Below, in pieces: positions 11,186 to 23,552 of a stretch of DNA of 64,000 nucleotides (position 1 is its first letter; each line of letters opens with the position of its first letter). The notes beneath the pieces were generated by a model that had not been told where the DNA came from, searched no databases, and saw only the letters and a list, made by a program, of their open reading frames with translations. Origin of the DNA: Lama guanicoe (taxonomy: Eukaryota); assembly GCA_013239625.1 (NCBI GenBank), contig MU053881.1:15926373-15990372 (forward strand), read 5' to 3'. Both the position numbers and the translations under genes were made by a program.

Positions 11186-11914
11186 TGCCTGCAGAGTGGT
11201 CTACTCCCATCTCCTCACCAGATCTTCTCCTAATAACAGTGGTTCCAGGGGCAAACTGAGGCTTTGAAAGAGACACTTTGTCCTGGTTCCCAATCCCTTC
11301 CCACAGAAAGTTCAGGGCTCGGATTCAAATCTGGATCTGCAGACACATACAGACCAGGCCTGTGTCACAATGCCCCCCTCTTCTACATCCCCCAAACCCT
11401 TATTCATCCTGCAGTACCAAGCTCTGGGAGCTCCTCCTCCAGAGAGCCTCTCTGCTTCTCAAAATTGAGGGCTACGGTCTGACAGACCCTTTAACCCACT
11501 TTCTTGCATCCTCCCATGCCCCACAGTTCCCTCCTCTTCCTTCCTCTAAGTTCTCCTGGAATCCCAACTATTGTCCAGGCAGCTTCCTGTATGTGGCACT
11601 GGGGGTGGATGCTTGCATCTACCCAGAATTCCCAGAATTCTGCACTGCCCTCAGGTCCCATGGTCCCCACTCAGATGGTTGGTAGATTCCCCCTCTATGG
11701 CTTCTGCTGTCCTCCTAAGGACCCCCAAACACCATCCCTGCCACAGGCCCTCTGACCCCCTTGTCCCCTAACTTCCCCTTGCTCCAACCCCCCTCCTCCT
11801 GCCCCAATCATTTCTCTGGAACTTTGTCAAGTTCCCTCCTGCCTCACAGCCTTGACTAGTGAGCAGCTCCTCCTGCTAGGGACACCCATTCTTCACTCTG
11901 AAGTTTGAGGGCAA

Positions 11915-12140
11915 GGTTTCTCAGCCTCAGAATCCTTGACATTTGGGGTCGGATTGTTCTCTGCGTTGGGGGCCGTCCTGTGCACTGTAGGATGTTAGCA
12001 GCATCCCTGGCCCCCACCCTCTAGATGCCCATAACACCTTACCCCCAGGATGTGGCAACAACAACAAAAAATGACTCCAGACATTACCAAGTTCTCTTTT
12101 TCCCCGGGGAGGTGGGAGCAGAATCAATTCCAGTGAAAAC
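11915..12140. mobile_element. MER20-like DNA transposon relic
   Basis: GTTTCTCAGCCTCAG...GACATTTGGGGTCGGATTGTTCTCTG...CCTGTGCACTGTAGGATGTTAGCAGCATCCCTGGCC...AAAAATGACTCCAGACATTACCAA. Confidence 0.75.
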
Positions 12141-13973
12141 GTCAGCTATAGAGGGCAAGTCTTGGGTCCCCCTCACTTCTGTCGGAGCCCTCACAGAATC
12201 CCTTTACAATGACTGAGTCACTTCACATTCCCTTCAATAGCCCCATCTAACAGATGAGGAAACTGAGGTCCAGAGAAGTGATTGGACTTGCTCAGGGTTT
12301 CTCAGCTGCTCAGACTATGGAATCCTCTGCTTCCAGCAGGTTCTCTCAATTGCCAGTAAGCAAGCCATTCTCACATGACCTCAGTCCATTCCCACCCACA
12401 CCCAACATCCTCCACCCCAACTCCCAACTTGGGCTACTGGAATGTCCCCAAACAGCACTGCCCCACCACATCTGAGCTGTGTCTCGCTGATGGAGGGAGA
12501 CAGGTTTGCCAAAGATCATGGGTTCAACCTGCTCAGTTTCTCCCTCCACCCCGCACAAGGGCCGGGGTATAAACTTCTCTCTTTCCAAAAAATGCCCCTC
12601 TTCCCTGGCTGGCTGTGACTCAGCCAGGGGTTGAGAAGTCAGGACTAAGGGGTGCTACAGGTCTGGGGGGGTAGGGGGTGGTCCAGCTCCAATAGGAATC
12701 TGGCAGGGACCAGCAGCTGCTGTGTGTCCCTGGCCTGAGACTTGGCCTCTCTGGGCAGTTTCTTTATGTGACGTGGGAGGCAGGGAGGGACACAGATTCT
12801 AGTTCACATTTATTACATAACTGCTGTGCTCCAGGTCCATGCCATGGCAGAGGGAAGGAGGCTTTGCGGGCTTTGCCTTTTAGGGGCTCACCCAGTCTGA
12901 TGGGGGAGGTAGCCAGGAACCAAACACATAAGATATAAAACTACAGCAGAGCTGAGGAAACTGATCCAAAGCAGCCTGACTTAATGGGGAAGGGGGAGAG
13001 TTCTGGAGGAGGAGGTACTCTGGTAGACAGGGGAGAGCTGGTAAGGAAGAGTTAGCTGGGCAAAGAGAGAGGATAGGGCCCTCAGGCAGAGGGAACAACC
13101 AATGCAAAAGCCCTGGGGTAGGAATGCACTTGCCTGAAGACTGTTGAAGGCTGGAGGGAGTCGGCAGGAGGAAATGACATCAAATACTTGCTAGGGGCCT
13201 TGCAGGGGAAGGAGGAAGAGAAGGGGGAAGGATTAAGAAATGGGGAAGGGTAGAGGGAAAATGGGAAGATGGTGGGGAGACAAGGGGGAAAGTAGGGTGA
13301 GCGAAGAGGAGGAAGGGAGATGGCAATGGAGGAGGGCCAGGAGGAGATGAAGGGGGATGAGGGCCCAAGGGGAAGAGGAGGATTTGATTTGCCACAGGGA
13401 AGGGAAGTTAGGGGAAGGGGATAAGCTGGCCTAGATTCACGTTGTAAGTTTGCCCCCTGGTGGCCTAGTGGAGAACAGTCAGGGAGATGGGTCCTGTCCA
13501 TCCTTGCATCTACCCTCTGGCCCTCACAGCAGGTCACAAAAAGTGTGGCAGCTGGAGCCAGGCTGACTTCAGTTGCTCAAGTAGCCTCAGTTTCTTCATG
13601 AACAGAGTGGGGACAATATACCCCTAGACATTCGCAGAGCATCCTCCTGTGGAAGTGAGTGCTATGTGCAGATGTGCTCATGTGATTCCCAATAAACCCA
13701 GTAGGGGCAGGAGCTGCTGTCGTCTTAACTTCACAGAGAGGGAAACTGAGTCTCAGAGGACAGCACATGGGATGCAGAAGCGAGACTGGAACCCAGGACC
13801 CCCAAGTCCCGTCCTGGGCTCGAGTAGCCTGGACTTGCCCCTGGCGCAGGTCCAGCCCCTCCCAACAAACTAGAAGCCACCGCCAGGCGGGGCGGAACCG
13901 TGGGTGTCCCTGGCTCCCCAAGGTGCCAATTAAATGCTCGTGGCCGTCTGGGGTTGGAGCTGTGGACGGCGGC

Positions 13974-16644
13974 ATGGCCGAGCAGGGGCCGGAGCCGGGA
14001 CGCGCATGGCGGGTGTTTGCCCTCTGCGGGGCCGCTGTATTTCTGGCAGCGGTGGCCGCCGGAGCAGCCCTACTGGCCTGGAATCTGGCCGCCTCGGCCT
14101 CCCGGAAGCCTCGCTGCCCAGAACCAGGGACCAACACCACGGTGCCGCCTGGGGACCCGGCGCCCGAAGTCGAGGAGCTGCGGCGGCGGCTGGCAGAGGC
14201 GGCCCAGCGCGAGGAGGCCCTGACCAGGCAGCTGAACCAGGCCGAGAGTGTCCGTGGGCAGCTGGAGGAGGCCCTAAGGGCCTGTGAGGGCCGCCAGGTA
14301 CGTGGGTAGGGTGGGGTGCTGGGAAATTCAGGCTTTGGGGGAAGAGGGCTTACATACATCCCCAGGGTCCCTCCCCTGGGCCTTGGTTTCCTCAGTTCTT
14401 CAACTGAGGGAGGCAAATGAGAATAGCACCGTAATTCCTTCCAGCTCCTACATTGCCAGTTCATCCTTGAGTCTACCTTCTGACCAAGAAGGCTCCACTC
14501 TTCTCTGCTATTTGCCAGGTCAATGGTCGGTAGTTAGGGAAGCCCCAGACCCCTGAGCCCACCTGGGGAGGCCCTGAGCTAACCCTCCCCCCAGACACCC
14601 ACTCAACACTCCTCCCCAACCCTCCATTACCCTAGCCCGGCCCGTGTCCAGCAGCCCTATTTCAAGATAGGGACATTCAAGTCACCTGTAATTAAGAGGC
14701 TAAAGTTGGCCTCTTGGGGGAGGTACCAGCCAGGTCCTCCCTTTTCCTCTTGCCACCTCCTTCAGACTCTTTCTTAACCCTTCCCAGCCCTGGGCCTCAC
14801 AGAAAAACCATCCTCAAAGTCCCAACCATTCACATTTATTGAGTAACTACTGCATACCTCTGTGTACCCCGCCCAGTAGTGGTTGGGCAGTGTGTGAATT
14901 TTAGAAACTGAAACTTGCCTCTCCTGCCTGCCTAAGTGAAGTACCTGGGGCAGCCAAGTTAAAGGCAATCTGCCCTGGGTTCAAATTCTGGCTCTGCCCC
15001 TCTATTGAAGATTCTCTGAGGAAGTCAGGCCAGTTGGTTTGCAGAATGTCTCACAGAAGTGACTAAGGATACCCTAGAAACCCAACATTGTCAAACACCA
15101 AATTGGCTTGTGTTCGTTTAAAATCCATCGGCAAGTCTACAGCTAGGATTGGAACCAGTGTCTGTCGGCAGAGCTAAACCTTTTCTACATCCCGTTGATC
15201 TGGAGTGGGGATTGGTGGACCTGGGCAGAGATCTCCTTCCAGTCAGGCACCAGTCACCACTTCGTACCCCAGACTTCAGAGACCACTTCCGTGTTTTACA
15301 ATTACAGGACCTTCAAGGACATTGCAAATAAAGCTTAAGGAACATTAGTGTCGTCTCAGTCTCCCCTAGAAGGGGCGGGGCCAATTCACTCCTTCTCCCA
15401 TTCCCTCTACCCGCCTCATTTCCTCTCCACTCTGCAGAGTCGGCTTCAGACCCAACTGATGACACTGAAGACTGAGATGGACGAGGCCAAGGCACAGGGG
15501 ACCCAGATGGGGGCTGAGAACGGGGCGCTGACAGGTGTGTTGGGGTGCAAAGGAATGGGCAGGGTTAGAGGTGAGAGGAGCCTAGAAGGTTCCTACCTAC
15601 GCAAATGACTTGCACAGGTGCAATCGCACAGGTGCAAACATAAAGCAAATGAACACGGAAACTTGTGAAAGAAATGCACATAATATGCAAAGGTTCTGCA
15701 AATGTCACAAAACAATGCAAATGCAACAAAATACGCACACGCCATGTAAGGACTCCCCAAAGCAATGTAAACCTATGAAAAGCTATGCAAATGGCACGTG
15801 AAGGTCATGCAAACAGCACACAAACTTAATTCAAATAAAACAAATTACGCAAGTAGTTGGTAGACTATAAACTTGGAGCGGATGTGCGCGGGGCGAGAGC
15901 CTGATCTCCAACCTTATCGGGTTCCCTGCACCCGCAGAAGCCCTGGCGCGCTGGGAGGCGGCGGCCACCGAGTCTGCGCAACGGCTGGACGAGGCACAGC
16001 GGCGCGCACGCGCGGCCGAGGCCGAGGGTGAAGCCTGCGCAGCCCGGGAGGCGGCGCTGCGCGAACGCGTGTGAGTGAGGCCGGGGTCGGAAGGGGCGGG
16101 GGAGTGGGCCGTGTGGGCGGGGCCTTGGGAGGGGCGAAGTTAAGGTGCTGGAGTAGAACCTGGGGGTGGTGACGCAAGGCGGGCTCTTAGGGGGCGGGAA
16201 GCCCTGGTTGAGGCGGACACTCTGAAGGCTTGGTTTCCTGGAGTTGGGGGCATCGTGGGGGCTTCGGGGAGGGCGAGGAGTGAAGTGAGGGTGCAAGAAA
16301 AAGCGAATATCGAGGGAGGGGCTTGGGGCCTGGAGGCGGAGCTTCTGGGAAAAAGTTTGGGAGTCCCTGGGGAGGGGCCTGGAAATGGCCAGGGGTGGAG
16401 CATGGGATCTCTGAGGAGTGGGGTTCCCAGGAAGGGCGAAAGAATGCTGGAGAGTCTCCAGGTGCTGACAGGTCCCTTCCCCCTTCCCGGCAGTAACGCC
16501 CTGGAAGCCCAGATGGGCCCCCAGCGCAGACTGCCACACCCACGGACCCGCTCGGGGTCCCGACCCCGGCCGAGCCCCCGATCGCGCTCTCGCCCGGGAA
16601 CATCGGGAAGCTGCCGGCGACCAGCGAGGCGCGCACGAGGGTGA
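13974..16644 (+). CDS. CCDC194: Coiled-coil domain-containing protein 194 (TM-CC(aT), tetherin-adjacent), 234 aa
   Basis: Exons 13974-14297, 15438-15534, 15938-16070, 16494-16644 (705 nt, GT-AG, phases 0/1/2). MAEQGPEPGRAWRVFALCGAAVFLAAVAAGAALLAWNLA (TM), then a coiled coil and an Arg/Ser/Pro-rich tail. Lies between BST2 and PLVAP. Confidence 0.92.
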
Positions 16645-17099
16645 GTCAGCCCCCAGCAAGATTGGGGCTCCAGGCCAGGAGGACAGACACTGGGGGCCCT
16701 GCAGGGACACATATAGAGGTGCCCACGCTGGATGAGATACCCAGTCTACACCCAGCAGCGTTCAGCTTTTGACCCAGCAGTCGCCCTGAACGGAAAGTGT
16801 TCAGAAAGAAGACCCGACCCTCTCTCCCTGACCATCTAGTGCTTGTACTACAGACGGAAAAACTGAGTTCCATTTGGTCACAAGGTGAGACAGTGCAGAG
16901 CCAGGGCCTAAGTCCCCTCTAAGGAAAATTTTGTCCACATCCCACAGATATAAGGACTTAGGGCCCACCCTGGCTCCTGGCTTCAGGAGTAGGCTGAAAG
17001 AATCACTTCTCTCTGGTCCTCAGTTTACCTTGTCTGTAATTGTCGGAATAATGAGAGCCAGCAGATCCTGGACACCAAAAGCTGAGAAAGATGGCATAA

Positions 17100-18930
17100 T
17101 AGGAAAACTACAGACCCCTCTCCCTTTGAGGAGGGTAAAATTCCAAATGGAATTTTAGCAGAGAATCATGTAACATATTTTTAAAATACACCTTAACATA
17201 AAGACATGTGCCTGAGATGCAGAGATGGTTCAGTATTTGGAAGTCTGTTCAAAAAGTTCACCATACTGATGGATCAAATGAGAAAAATTCTGAAGAATTT
17301 ATCATAATAGCAACAATTTCATGTGAGATTATACAGTATTTGTCTTTCTCTGACTTATTTCAGTTAACATAATACCCTTCAGAAGCAACCATGTTGTTGC
17401 AAATGGCAATGCTCTTTTTCATGGCTTAGTAATATTCCATTGTATATGTATGCTACATCTTTAGCCATTCGCTGGACACTTAGGTTCTAATCGCTCAACC
17501 TTAATCTGATTTTGCCAACTGTTCTGATAATGTCCTTTTTAACAAAGAAGTTATAACAAGGAGTCCTGGTTTACACATTGTATTAATCTGGAATATTCCT
17601 CAGTCTGTCTTTGCCTTTCATGATGTTGGCATTTAAAAGCCCAGTCTGGTTATTTTGTCGTGTCTGAGTTTGGGTTTTTGTGATGATTCAACCTAATGAT
17701 ATTATCTGCTGTTGGTATGACTGTATATAGAAAACCCAAGAGAATTAGTGGAAACTCTCCTATATCTAAACAACTCTGTAGAAAATCTTTTGGAAGAAAA
17801 GAAAGATCCATTTCAGATAGTTTTTTTAATATCCAGGAATAAACTACTTTCTTTAGTATGTAAGGATCTCTTCTAAATTAATTTCTCAAAAAATAACTCA
17901 GTAGAAAATAGGCAAAGAACATCGGCAGCCAGTTCAAAGAGACACACAAAAATGTGCACAGTCTCGTTCCTCAAGAAGCAATGCGGACTGAAACTATATG
18001 GTACCACTTTCTACCCATTCATATGGCAAAGATAAAAATAAAAACCAATTAAAAGTTTGTGAATACACTGTGTTGGCACTGCTGTGGGGAAGCAAGCAAT
18101 CCCACACCGTGCTGGTGGGACTGCTCATGGGTGCAACCACTTAGGAGGGCAATTTTCTAGAATGTCTCAAATTAAAAGTGCATCTACTGTTTGCCCTATC
18201 AATTCCTCTTCAAGAATTTTTCTACAGTCATATTTAAATGCATACAAAATGATGGACTAAATGCAACGGTGAATCCTGGGTTGGATCCTGGAACAGAAAA
18301 ACACTTCATGAGGTAATTAAATAAAGTCTAGAGTTTAGTTCATAGTAATATACTAAGATTAATTTCTTAGTTTTGACAAATGAACCATGCTATACAAGAT
18401 GTTAACAATGAAATTAACTGGGTGAGAGGTATTCAGAGGCTCTCTGTATTATCTCTGCAAATTTTCTGTAAATCTAAACTTATTCCAAAATAAAAAGTTT
18501 ACTTTAAAAAAGGAGACAGGATTAGGGGAGAGAATGAGGGAATTCTTGGTAATTGCAAAAAAAAAATGGGACACAATCTCAATTTCCACCAATTGGGAAC
18601 TATTTAAAAGAGTGTCTGGCCATCCACACCATGGAATATTATACACCTGTTTAAAAGGCCAAAGCAGATCTTCTCTGAGACTCATTAATGTATAAAGCAG
18701 GAGAGCAATAATTTGTGTACGTCTTTTAAAATCTGCCACTGGGGAAAACTTCTATCCAAGTATCTCTGAAAGAAACTGGATGCAGCTGTGGCCTCTGGAA
18801 AAGGAATCAGAGATCTGGGGATTGGCAGGGGAGGGAGTCTTATGTTTCTCTGTATACCTTTTTGTAAAGCTTGCATTTTAAAAATCATGTGCATGTATTA
18901 CCTCTAAAATAATTAAAATTTGTTTTGAAA
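17100..18930. mobile_element. Cluster of old L1 fragments in both orientations
   Basis: AT-rich with L1 signatures, e.g. ATTATACAGTATTTGTCTTTCTCTGACTTATTTC (antisense 3' end), GCTGGTGGGA...CAACCACTTAGGAGGGCAAT (ORF2 end) and TATTATCTCTGCAAATTTTCTGTAAATCTAAACTTATTCCAAAATAAAAAG. Confidence 0.65.
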
Positions 18931-19458
18931 AAATTCTGAAGAGGCTGGTGTAAAGAGGGAAAGAGGAGCCCTTTGAAACTGTGATCCTGCCTCAGCCAGT
19001 CCTGCTCATTATCCACCCACCCACCTTGGAGGTGGCTTGGAGGTGTCTGGTCAGGGCCTTTATTGGGAGAGGGTCCACCTGGAAGGAGAACTGGAGGACT
19101 TCCCCCAAACCAACAACGGAGGCAGTGAGGCTGAAGGGAGGGAAGAGTCCAGCCTCTAGTTCCACTGCCGGCCACCAGGGGTCGCTCCAGTCTGCAGACC
19201 CGGTTGCTAGGGGCTGAGGGCCCAGAGCTTCAGAGGATGGGAGAATGGGTCTGAGACTTACCCTCCCCCACCACCAACACCCTCACCACCACCCCCGCGC
19301 CCCAACTCCGGCGTAAATCCGGAAGTGAGCAGGAAACGGCTTCTCCTTCTGGAGTCTGCTAGAGCTTGAGATTGGCCTCGCCTTATCTGGTGCCCCAGGG
19401 ACTTGAGACATCTCACTGTGCAGTTGTGGGATTTAGGGCTGAACCACGTAAAAGACTA

Positions 19459-19640
19459 TGGGGAGGGTAGAGCTCAGTGGTAGAGTGCTTATCCTGTATG
19501 AGGTCGTGGGTTCAATCCTCAGTCCCTCTGTTAAAAATAAACAAACCTAACCTATTTTTTTAAAAGATAAAGAAACCTAATCCCACCCCACCCCCCAGAA
19601 AAAAAACAACCAAAAAAAAAAAAAAAGAAAGAAAAAAGAG
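19459..19640 (+). mobile_element. tRNA-derived SINE (Vic-1-like)
   Basis: GGGGAGGGTAGAGCTCAGTGGTAGAGTGCTT...GAGGTCGTGGGTTCAATCCTCAG plus A-rich tail. Confidence 0.8.
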
Positions 19641-22600
19641 GGAGAGAGTATACACATAAAGGGCTGGGCTCAGGACTGCAAATGGGACCTAAAATATCAT
19701 TATTATTCACTTATTCTGCTGGCTTCACCTTAGACATACCTGCCAGGTTCCTGAAAATCAGCCCTGGGGGAAGTGGGGAGCCATGGCAGGTGTGTGAGCA
19801 GGAAGAGTACGATCAGATCTCGTATCAGGAGAAGAGAGGGAAGGGTGTGGGGGTGACTGAATCCTGAGGGGAGGTTGTATGGCAGGGAATGGGTGAGAAT
19901 TTGGAGCAATTTCGGGAGAACAGCTCTCAATCCCTGGCTGAGATTGAGAATCCCCTAGCTGCCCAGCCTCTCAGACCGCACCTGCCTCCCACCCCACAGG
20001 GCCAGCCCCTGGCCTGCCCTTGCTTTATTCTGCCTCCCTGTCTCCACCTGTCTCATTACCACTCAAAGCCTCTGTCTCTGCTCCTTTACCTCTGTGCCTC
20101 CACCTTGTCCCCAGCACACTCTCCCAGGTCCCTCCTCTGGCCTCCCCATTCATGGTCACCCTGGAGTCCCTCTGGGGCTGCAGAAACAGGAGTGGGGGAG
20201 GGGTGGAAACAGGAATTCTGGCACAAGCTGGGTGGAGGACATTGGAGACAGCCACAATCTGACCTTGTTGGTCCCCAGTCCCAAGCAAGAAAGTGGGTCA
20301 CCTTTTTTCAGCCAGGAACGTGAACCCCCAGGGAGGACAGGCTCTTCCCCTCCAAAGGGCTCTCTTTGTCTCTTCTGTCAACTCCAAAAGCAGAAAACTT
20401 CATTTCCTTTGCATTTAACCAAAAACCGAACACATTGGCATAAAGGTGGAGGGTTTTCTGAACTTTGCTGAAATTTTTCTTTGCCAGAAATATCACTTCC
20501 CCAAAAATCTTTCTGAAGTTCCGTGAGAGTTTTAAAAACCCTGTGTCTCCTTGAGAACTTCAGTGTCAGCTTTCAGAATGACACCAAGTATACTTCCCCA
20601 TGGCAGTTTTCCTTTCTATGCCCAAACGATCAAATGAAACCAACATGATTGTTTTTAATTTTTAAAAAAGTTTAAAATCGAAGCCAGATTTTATGATAAC
20701 CCTCCAAGGGAATACAGAAAGATTCATCCACAGAATTTCCTGTGACTATGACAAATTGTTTTCAGGAAAAAACCAAATGCTCATATCATTTGATGCATTT
20801 GACCTCATGTGAATCTGAGGACCAGTTGCTCACCTCCTCCCTCTGGAATTTTTTGGCCAGGGATGCAGGCAGAACATATTCAGAAAGTCTGTTTTTAGAA
20901 ATTTTAGACACTACTGGCAGGGGTGTCAATGGAAACAACCTCTTTGGAGGACAAATTGGTGACAGCTGCCCAAATATAAAATGTTACTGCTTTAGGACCC
21001 AGCAATTTCATTTGTGGAGATTTGATATCAAGTCTTATTTTGTTCACTGAAACAACAAATTTAGAAACGGTCTGAATGCCCATTGATAATGTATGTGGTG
21101 AAAAACCTAAACAACAGTCAAAAGGAATCAACAAATCTCAGCATCATAATGTAGAGCAAAAGAGGAAGTTCCATCATTATCATTATCTTTTCCATTTAAA
21201 AAAAATCTAGCTTTCAAAACAAGTTATTGGAAAAAGAAACATCACAAATCGAAGTTGTGAGATCAAATTGCCAAATAGAAAGGGAATGTTATTTTTGAGC
21301 TTGATATAAAAGACATTAGTGTGTATATTTAAAACTCTTGTTCTTATACTATGACAATTGCTCAAAACTGTAGCACATCCACATCATCAGGTTTAGAGTG
21401 GCTTTTTTGGTTTCTGGGAGTTTATGGTTGCCTTTCTTTTCCCTGGACAACAGACATTATGTTCATACATACACATATGCCACACCTTCAATATATCATG
21501 AAGGATCTTAAGTCCACACCAAGACTGTCACACCTCTTGGCATTGATCCAGGCACTGCCCCCTAGCCTGAGCTCCTCAACTGGACCCCTGTCACCCAGGC
21601 TCTTCCCCTGTCATACCCCCTTTCCCCTGGTGATCCCACGGGCCCAAGGCAACAGCACCTCAGCAGTGCCCCTCCCCTGTGTCTCAGTTCTTCAGCCCAA
21701 CATCAGAAGCTGGGCATGATCCAGCCCCTCCCACCTTAAAAAAATACCACTATTTATTAAGGCTGAGTGTGTGCCAGGCACTGTGACAAATCTTTCACAA
21801 CTGGCTATGTTGCCTCCACTTTAGACAGAAAAAAATCTGAGGCTCGAGGAGGAGAAGTCACTTGTCCCAGGTTACACAGCAGTTAGTGGTACAGCCAGAC
21901 GTTCACTCCAGAGGCCCTAAATTGAAACCATATATCCACTCTGCCCACATGGCCCCCTGCTGATGAAGATGGAAGATGCCCTCCCTGCTCAGGGGACTCT
22001 GGGGTGGGGGGTCTGACCAACCTACAGAAATAGCTGGTTGGGCACCACTTGCAGCCCCCAGCCCTCCTCCCTCCCAGTAGTGGCTGGGAAGGGTCCGGAA
22101 TCAGGAATTACTGGGTAGCAGCAAAGGCCAAAGGTCAGACAGGGGTTTCCTGCCCACCCCTGGGAACTTCCTCCTTCCCGACCCAACTCCCGCCTCCTGG
22201 ATGAACGCCACCCTGGAGGACCCCTCCACGCTCAACTTACCCGGGCTCCATTACCCTGGCTGTTAGGGGGCTGGGTCCCTATGCCAGCACTATCACCCTG
22301 GTATGTCCCCCACAGGCAGTGGACAGCAATTTTATTGTCCCACACCCATGGTCCAGCCTACTTTCCATTTCTTCACCCTCTTCCCCTCTGCCCTTTTCCC
22401 ACCCTCCTGCTCTCCTTGACCTTGTGAGGTTGGGGGCTGTGTCCCATTCTGACTCTCCAAGACTGAGGACCCTACATGGCCAGGCTTGTGACTTTTACAG
22501 GGGGCTTTGGCATCACCCAACATAGAGGATTTCCCTGGAGCTCCTGATTCTGAGGGGCTGGGCAGAAGGGCATACCCAGAATCCTTTGCTCCTTGGTCCC

Positions 22601-23379
22601 CAAATCCCCTCCATGCCCACCTGTGAGTGACCCACAGTGAAACTTGACCCCCATTATCTGGTTCTTCCCATTCCCCCTCTCTCGAAGCCCGAAAATGAGG
22701 TTTCCAGCAGGAAATAGTAGTGATAACAGCAACGGCAAATCCTTTCTCCCAGCCCCCTCCTGCTCCTGGACCTGGGAACCTTTTCATCTCACAGAAGGGG
22801 AAACTGAGACCCAGGTAGGAGAAGCCCCTCCTTCCAGCTAACACCGGCCCCAAGGTCACTGCTGCTTGCGCTGCTGCCCCGGGAGCACTTGCTAAGCGCC
22901 TACGTGAGCCGGGCATCAGGTGGGATGACAGCTCGGAGAAACTGCACCACCGCCATCCTCAGATCAGAACCTCCGCGAGGCCTTCAGGTGCCGGTTACCA
23001 AGCACCTAGTGTGCTGGCCCTCGGCCAAGCGCTCCTCCCAATTCAGCTCCAGTAATCGGCCCTGTCCCCTGAGGTGGGCTGTAGCCAGCCCGCCAGGAGT
23101 TAAGTCCAGCTCTGTGAACCGACAGAGTGAGACCCGGAGGCGGTCCCTTCTACTGCCCGTGCCTCAGTGTCCTCCTCCGCACTACGGGGATAATCCGCAG
23201 CAGAGAATAGCGCTGGGCACAGAGCAAGGGCAGGTGAGGAAACTGAGGCTCAGCAAGGCCAAGGCAGCCCAGTCACTTAGCTGGCGCCCCACCCGTGTTA
23301 ATCAGAGAGGCCCAGCTGTGCTTTGGTGCCCCCCTCCTCCTTCCCTTCACAGCCCGGGTGGGAGTGTTGTGATAACCCA

Positions 23380-23450
23380 CAGCCCCCGTTTCCTCCTGGC
23401 CAGGAAGGAGCCAGGCAGAGGAAGTATTAAGAAGAATAATATAAACACTC
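23380..23450 (+). promoter_or_regulatory. PLVAP proximal promoter (TATA-like and ETS cores)
   Basis: AATATAAA at ~23438-23445, ~110 bp before the ATG, with GGAA/TTCC ETS cores (CAGGAAG, GAGGAAGT) and a nearby TGATAA. Consistent with an endothelial gene. Confidence 0.5.
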
Positions 23451-23552
23451 CCCCCGCCAAGGTCTGGGAGGGGCAGCAGCCGCCACCCAGAGCAGACCAG
23501 CCAGCGGAGCAGTGCTGTGCACCGGGCGGCGGGCGGCAGACGCCAGGAAGAG

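Noticed and set aside
13577..14464. 295-aa minus-strand ORF
   Set aside because: Antisense shadow of GC-rich CCDC194 exon 1; no recognisable domain.
15865..16712. Several long minus-strand ORFs (281, 190, 149 aa)
   Set aside because: Stop-poor GC-rich DNA antisense to CCDC194 exons 3-4; low-complexity Pro/Arg translations.
19999..20471. Alternative downstream exon for CCDC194 at the CCCCACAG acceptor (~19999)
   Set aside because: The phase-compatible frame runs on into a long hydrophilic, non-protein-like sequence with no terminal hydrophobic segment; no other support.
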